Source: Tubulanus polymorphus (Eukaryota; Animalia; Nemertea). Taken from it: a stretch of 64,000 nt of DNA. Numbering within the stretch: position 1 is the first letter of the stretch; every line of letters starts with the position of its first letter. The DNA lies in the NCBI RefSeq assembly GCF_964204645.1, contig NC_134028.1:14329653-14393652 (forward strand). The letters are read 5' to 3'. Of this stretch, positions 61,560 through 64,000 are shown piece by piece. The notes beneath the pieces were generated by a model. It ran no database searches and had not been told where the DNA came from. It worked only from the letters and a program-made list of their open reading frames with translations. Made by a program: the position numbers and the translations under genes.

Positions 61560-64000
61560 CAAATCAACTTTATTGTCCATATTGTAAAAATACATCGATA
61601 AATCTATTAAATCTTGGCATGAAAAAACTCCGAATCATAAAAAAATGTATAGATTTTGAGACAACAGATAATTCAAATGAAAGAAAAGAACAATTAGAAA
61701 ATATGAAAAAAGATGAAATTAAATGCGATGTTTGTAATGAATTTATAAGTACAAGGAATCGTGATATACATCTTGAATCAAAAAACAAAAAAGTATAAGT
61801 AAAAATATTTTTGGAACAGAATATTTTGATGATAAACCTCAACAAGTAAAAAACCTGCTTCAAAAACTAAATCTATTTCAAATAAACATTATATGAAAAA
61901 TGTTAGAAATTATATCGATTCACTAGAAAAAAAGATACAAGTGAAATTTTAGAAACATTACCTAGTAAACTATGAAGATACCTAAAATAGAAAAAGTTAA
62001 ATGATTTAAAAATAAATGTATTCGAATTTCAAGATTATATAAAATGTTTAAATAACTCAAAAGTTATGAATCATAAAATGAATTGTTTAAGATCAGAAAA
62101 TCACGAGATGTAAATTAATGAAGTGGAAAAAACTAGCTTCAATCCATTCGATGATAAAAGATATATTTTGGATGATGGAATGAAAACATTAACCTTCTGG
62201 TTATTAACATGTATCAATACCGTCAAACTCGAAATCACCATTGGCTTCATTATCTTCTTAACGATTTATATTTTGATGATTTACACTTTCAATAAAATAT
62301 TCATAAATTTCATTCATTAGATGTTCTTCATTTTCATCTAATTGTTTTTCTATAATCATTAGGTTGTTCTATTTAATTTTTTTCATTTAAATAAAGTTCT
62401 ATATTGTTCCACATTTCATCTCGTTCAAGTTGTTTCTTTTTATTTGTTATTTCATCAAATGGAATTATAATATCATTGTTTAAAAAATGTGCAATTGTAT
62501 TTAAAAAGAATTCATAATTAATTGAATCTGTTATTTTATAATCCACACAATATTTTAATATTTTTGTGAATGTTTCTTGTATATATTTTTCATATCTTCT
62601 TTTGTTATTTCGGTTTTTTATAATAATCGTTAAATAATAAATATAAATACATTTTCTTTTCTTTTGTGTTACATGTTGATAGAATAATTGTTTTTATTAT
62701 ATCTTTCTTAGTTATTTCACCATTTTTATTTTCTATTATTTTCATTTTTTCAAGCCATTGCATATATTCTGGTGTATGATCTTGTATAGAAAATATTTTA
62801 AAAATTTCATCTAGATATTTTAATTTTGATTCTATAAGAAAATCTCTAGTGTTTTCATCACCGCATAAATTTCTTTGATAACCACATACATTACAAAATA
62901 TCATAGAATTTTCTTGTATTAAATACTCATAAATACATTGTGGGCATTTTTTCTATCAAATCTTGATAATAGATGTACATTAAGTTCTTGGAATTTACTT
63001 ACGTTTTCTTTATGTTTTATTGTTTTATTATGTAGATTTAAATTACTTGTTGTAATAATCAATGTACAATATTTACGATGTTTTTCTTATTAATTCATTA
63101 TATTGTTTTTCAACTTTTCAAGTGTTTCTTTATTATCTGTTAACGTTTTCTCATATTCTATTTTCTCTAATATATTTTTTTTCTTTCATTAAATTCTGTT
63201 TCAAATTCATAAGTAATTTTATTTAAATGTACTTCATTTAATTGGTGTTTCTCCCAATCTTCTATATTTTCAGGACTAAATTTTATTCGACAATGCTCAC
63301 CGAAATGATTCTTTATATTATTCATTATTCATGTGATGAAATAAAAAAGGTATTTTCGAAATAAATTTAGGTTCAACTTCAACAGAATTATAATAACTTT
63401 CGTTGCATTAACATTAACATCAACGTTAACTATTAAGTCATAAATTTTACACTTCTCTGGATGTTTTTTAAAATTATTTCTAGAGAATGTTTTATTACAA
63501 TTCTGGCAGTTTATTTTAGGGGGTTTATAATTTTTATCATGTTTTTACATATGTCGAGCCATATTACTTTTTCTTTGTAGTTCACCACAAATTTCACATT
63601 GTATGTTCTCATCCATTTACTCTAAAAATTGTATTCAAAATATCTTTGTGGGGTTCGAGGTAATTTTTTGAGTAATAAATAATGGTTGAATTGAAAGAAT
63701 ATAGAATATATGTCGATTCTAGAAAACCTACAAATTATAAATCTCATTATTTACTAGTACAATTAGAGAATTTAAAAATTGTGTAGATTTAAAATTAGCA
63801 AATATAAGTTTATGTAATTCTTTTCATAATATATCGAATAAAAGTCTTGATCATTTAGTTTTTAAAATTTATGTTAGAAATTTGACTAAATGGTTTCATC
63901 TTTATCTAAAACTAGGATAGTATAATTCAGAATGATTAGCGCAAGAAATTAATAAAAGAGCTCGTTTAAAAATGGGTGCATCTAGTAAGTTTGAAATTTG
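61560..64000. mobile_element. Heavily decayed and rearranged Polinton-related copy, continuing beyond the window
   Basis: pPolB N-terminal remnants and C-terminal SFNPFDDKRYILDDG (62123+); minus-strand zinc-finger-type remnants at 62200-63620; penton 5' end from ~63682. Confidence 0.8.

Overview
Eukaryotic (probably aquatic invertebrate) genomic DNA. The only host gene is the 3' part of an SLC28 concentrative nucleoside transporter on the minus strand: six exons with consistent splice phases between 10675 and 60442, with the upstream exons not found in the window. Its introns and 3' flank are packed with nested mobile DNA: a decayed Gypsy retrotransposon, L2/CR1-type LINE fragments, Penelope pieces carrying hammerhead ribozyme motifs, Helentron-type non-autonomous elements, MITEs and a young non-autonomous LTR element. 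There are also five pieces of one very AT-rich Polinton/Maverick (adintovirus-like) family. These include a near-complete 15.5 kb copy (33702-49231: integrase, packaging ATPase, major and minor capsid, pPolB) and a capsid-less derivative with a 6-bp TSD inserted into the Gypsy RT active-site motif. The most striking observations are: (i) almost all non-replicative Polinton genes start at TAAATG, often as T6-9-N5-8-TAAATG, which resembles poxvirus late promoters and suggests a virophage-like dependence on a large cytoplasmic DNA virus; (ii) a ~270-300 bp imperfect terminal palindrome flanked on both sides by element-internal sequence, resembling a head-to-head hairpin-end junction. All protein calls come from motif recognition by eye; no searches were run.
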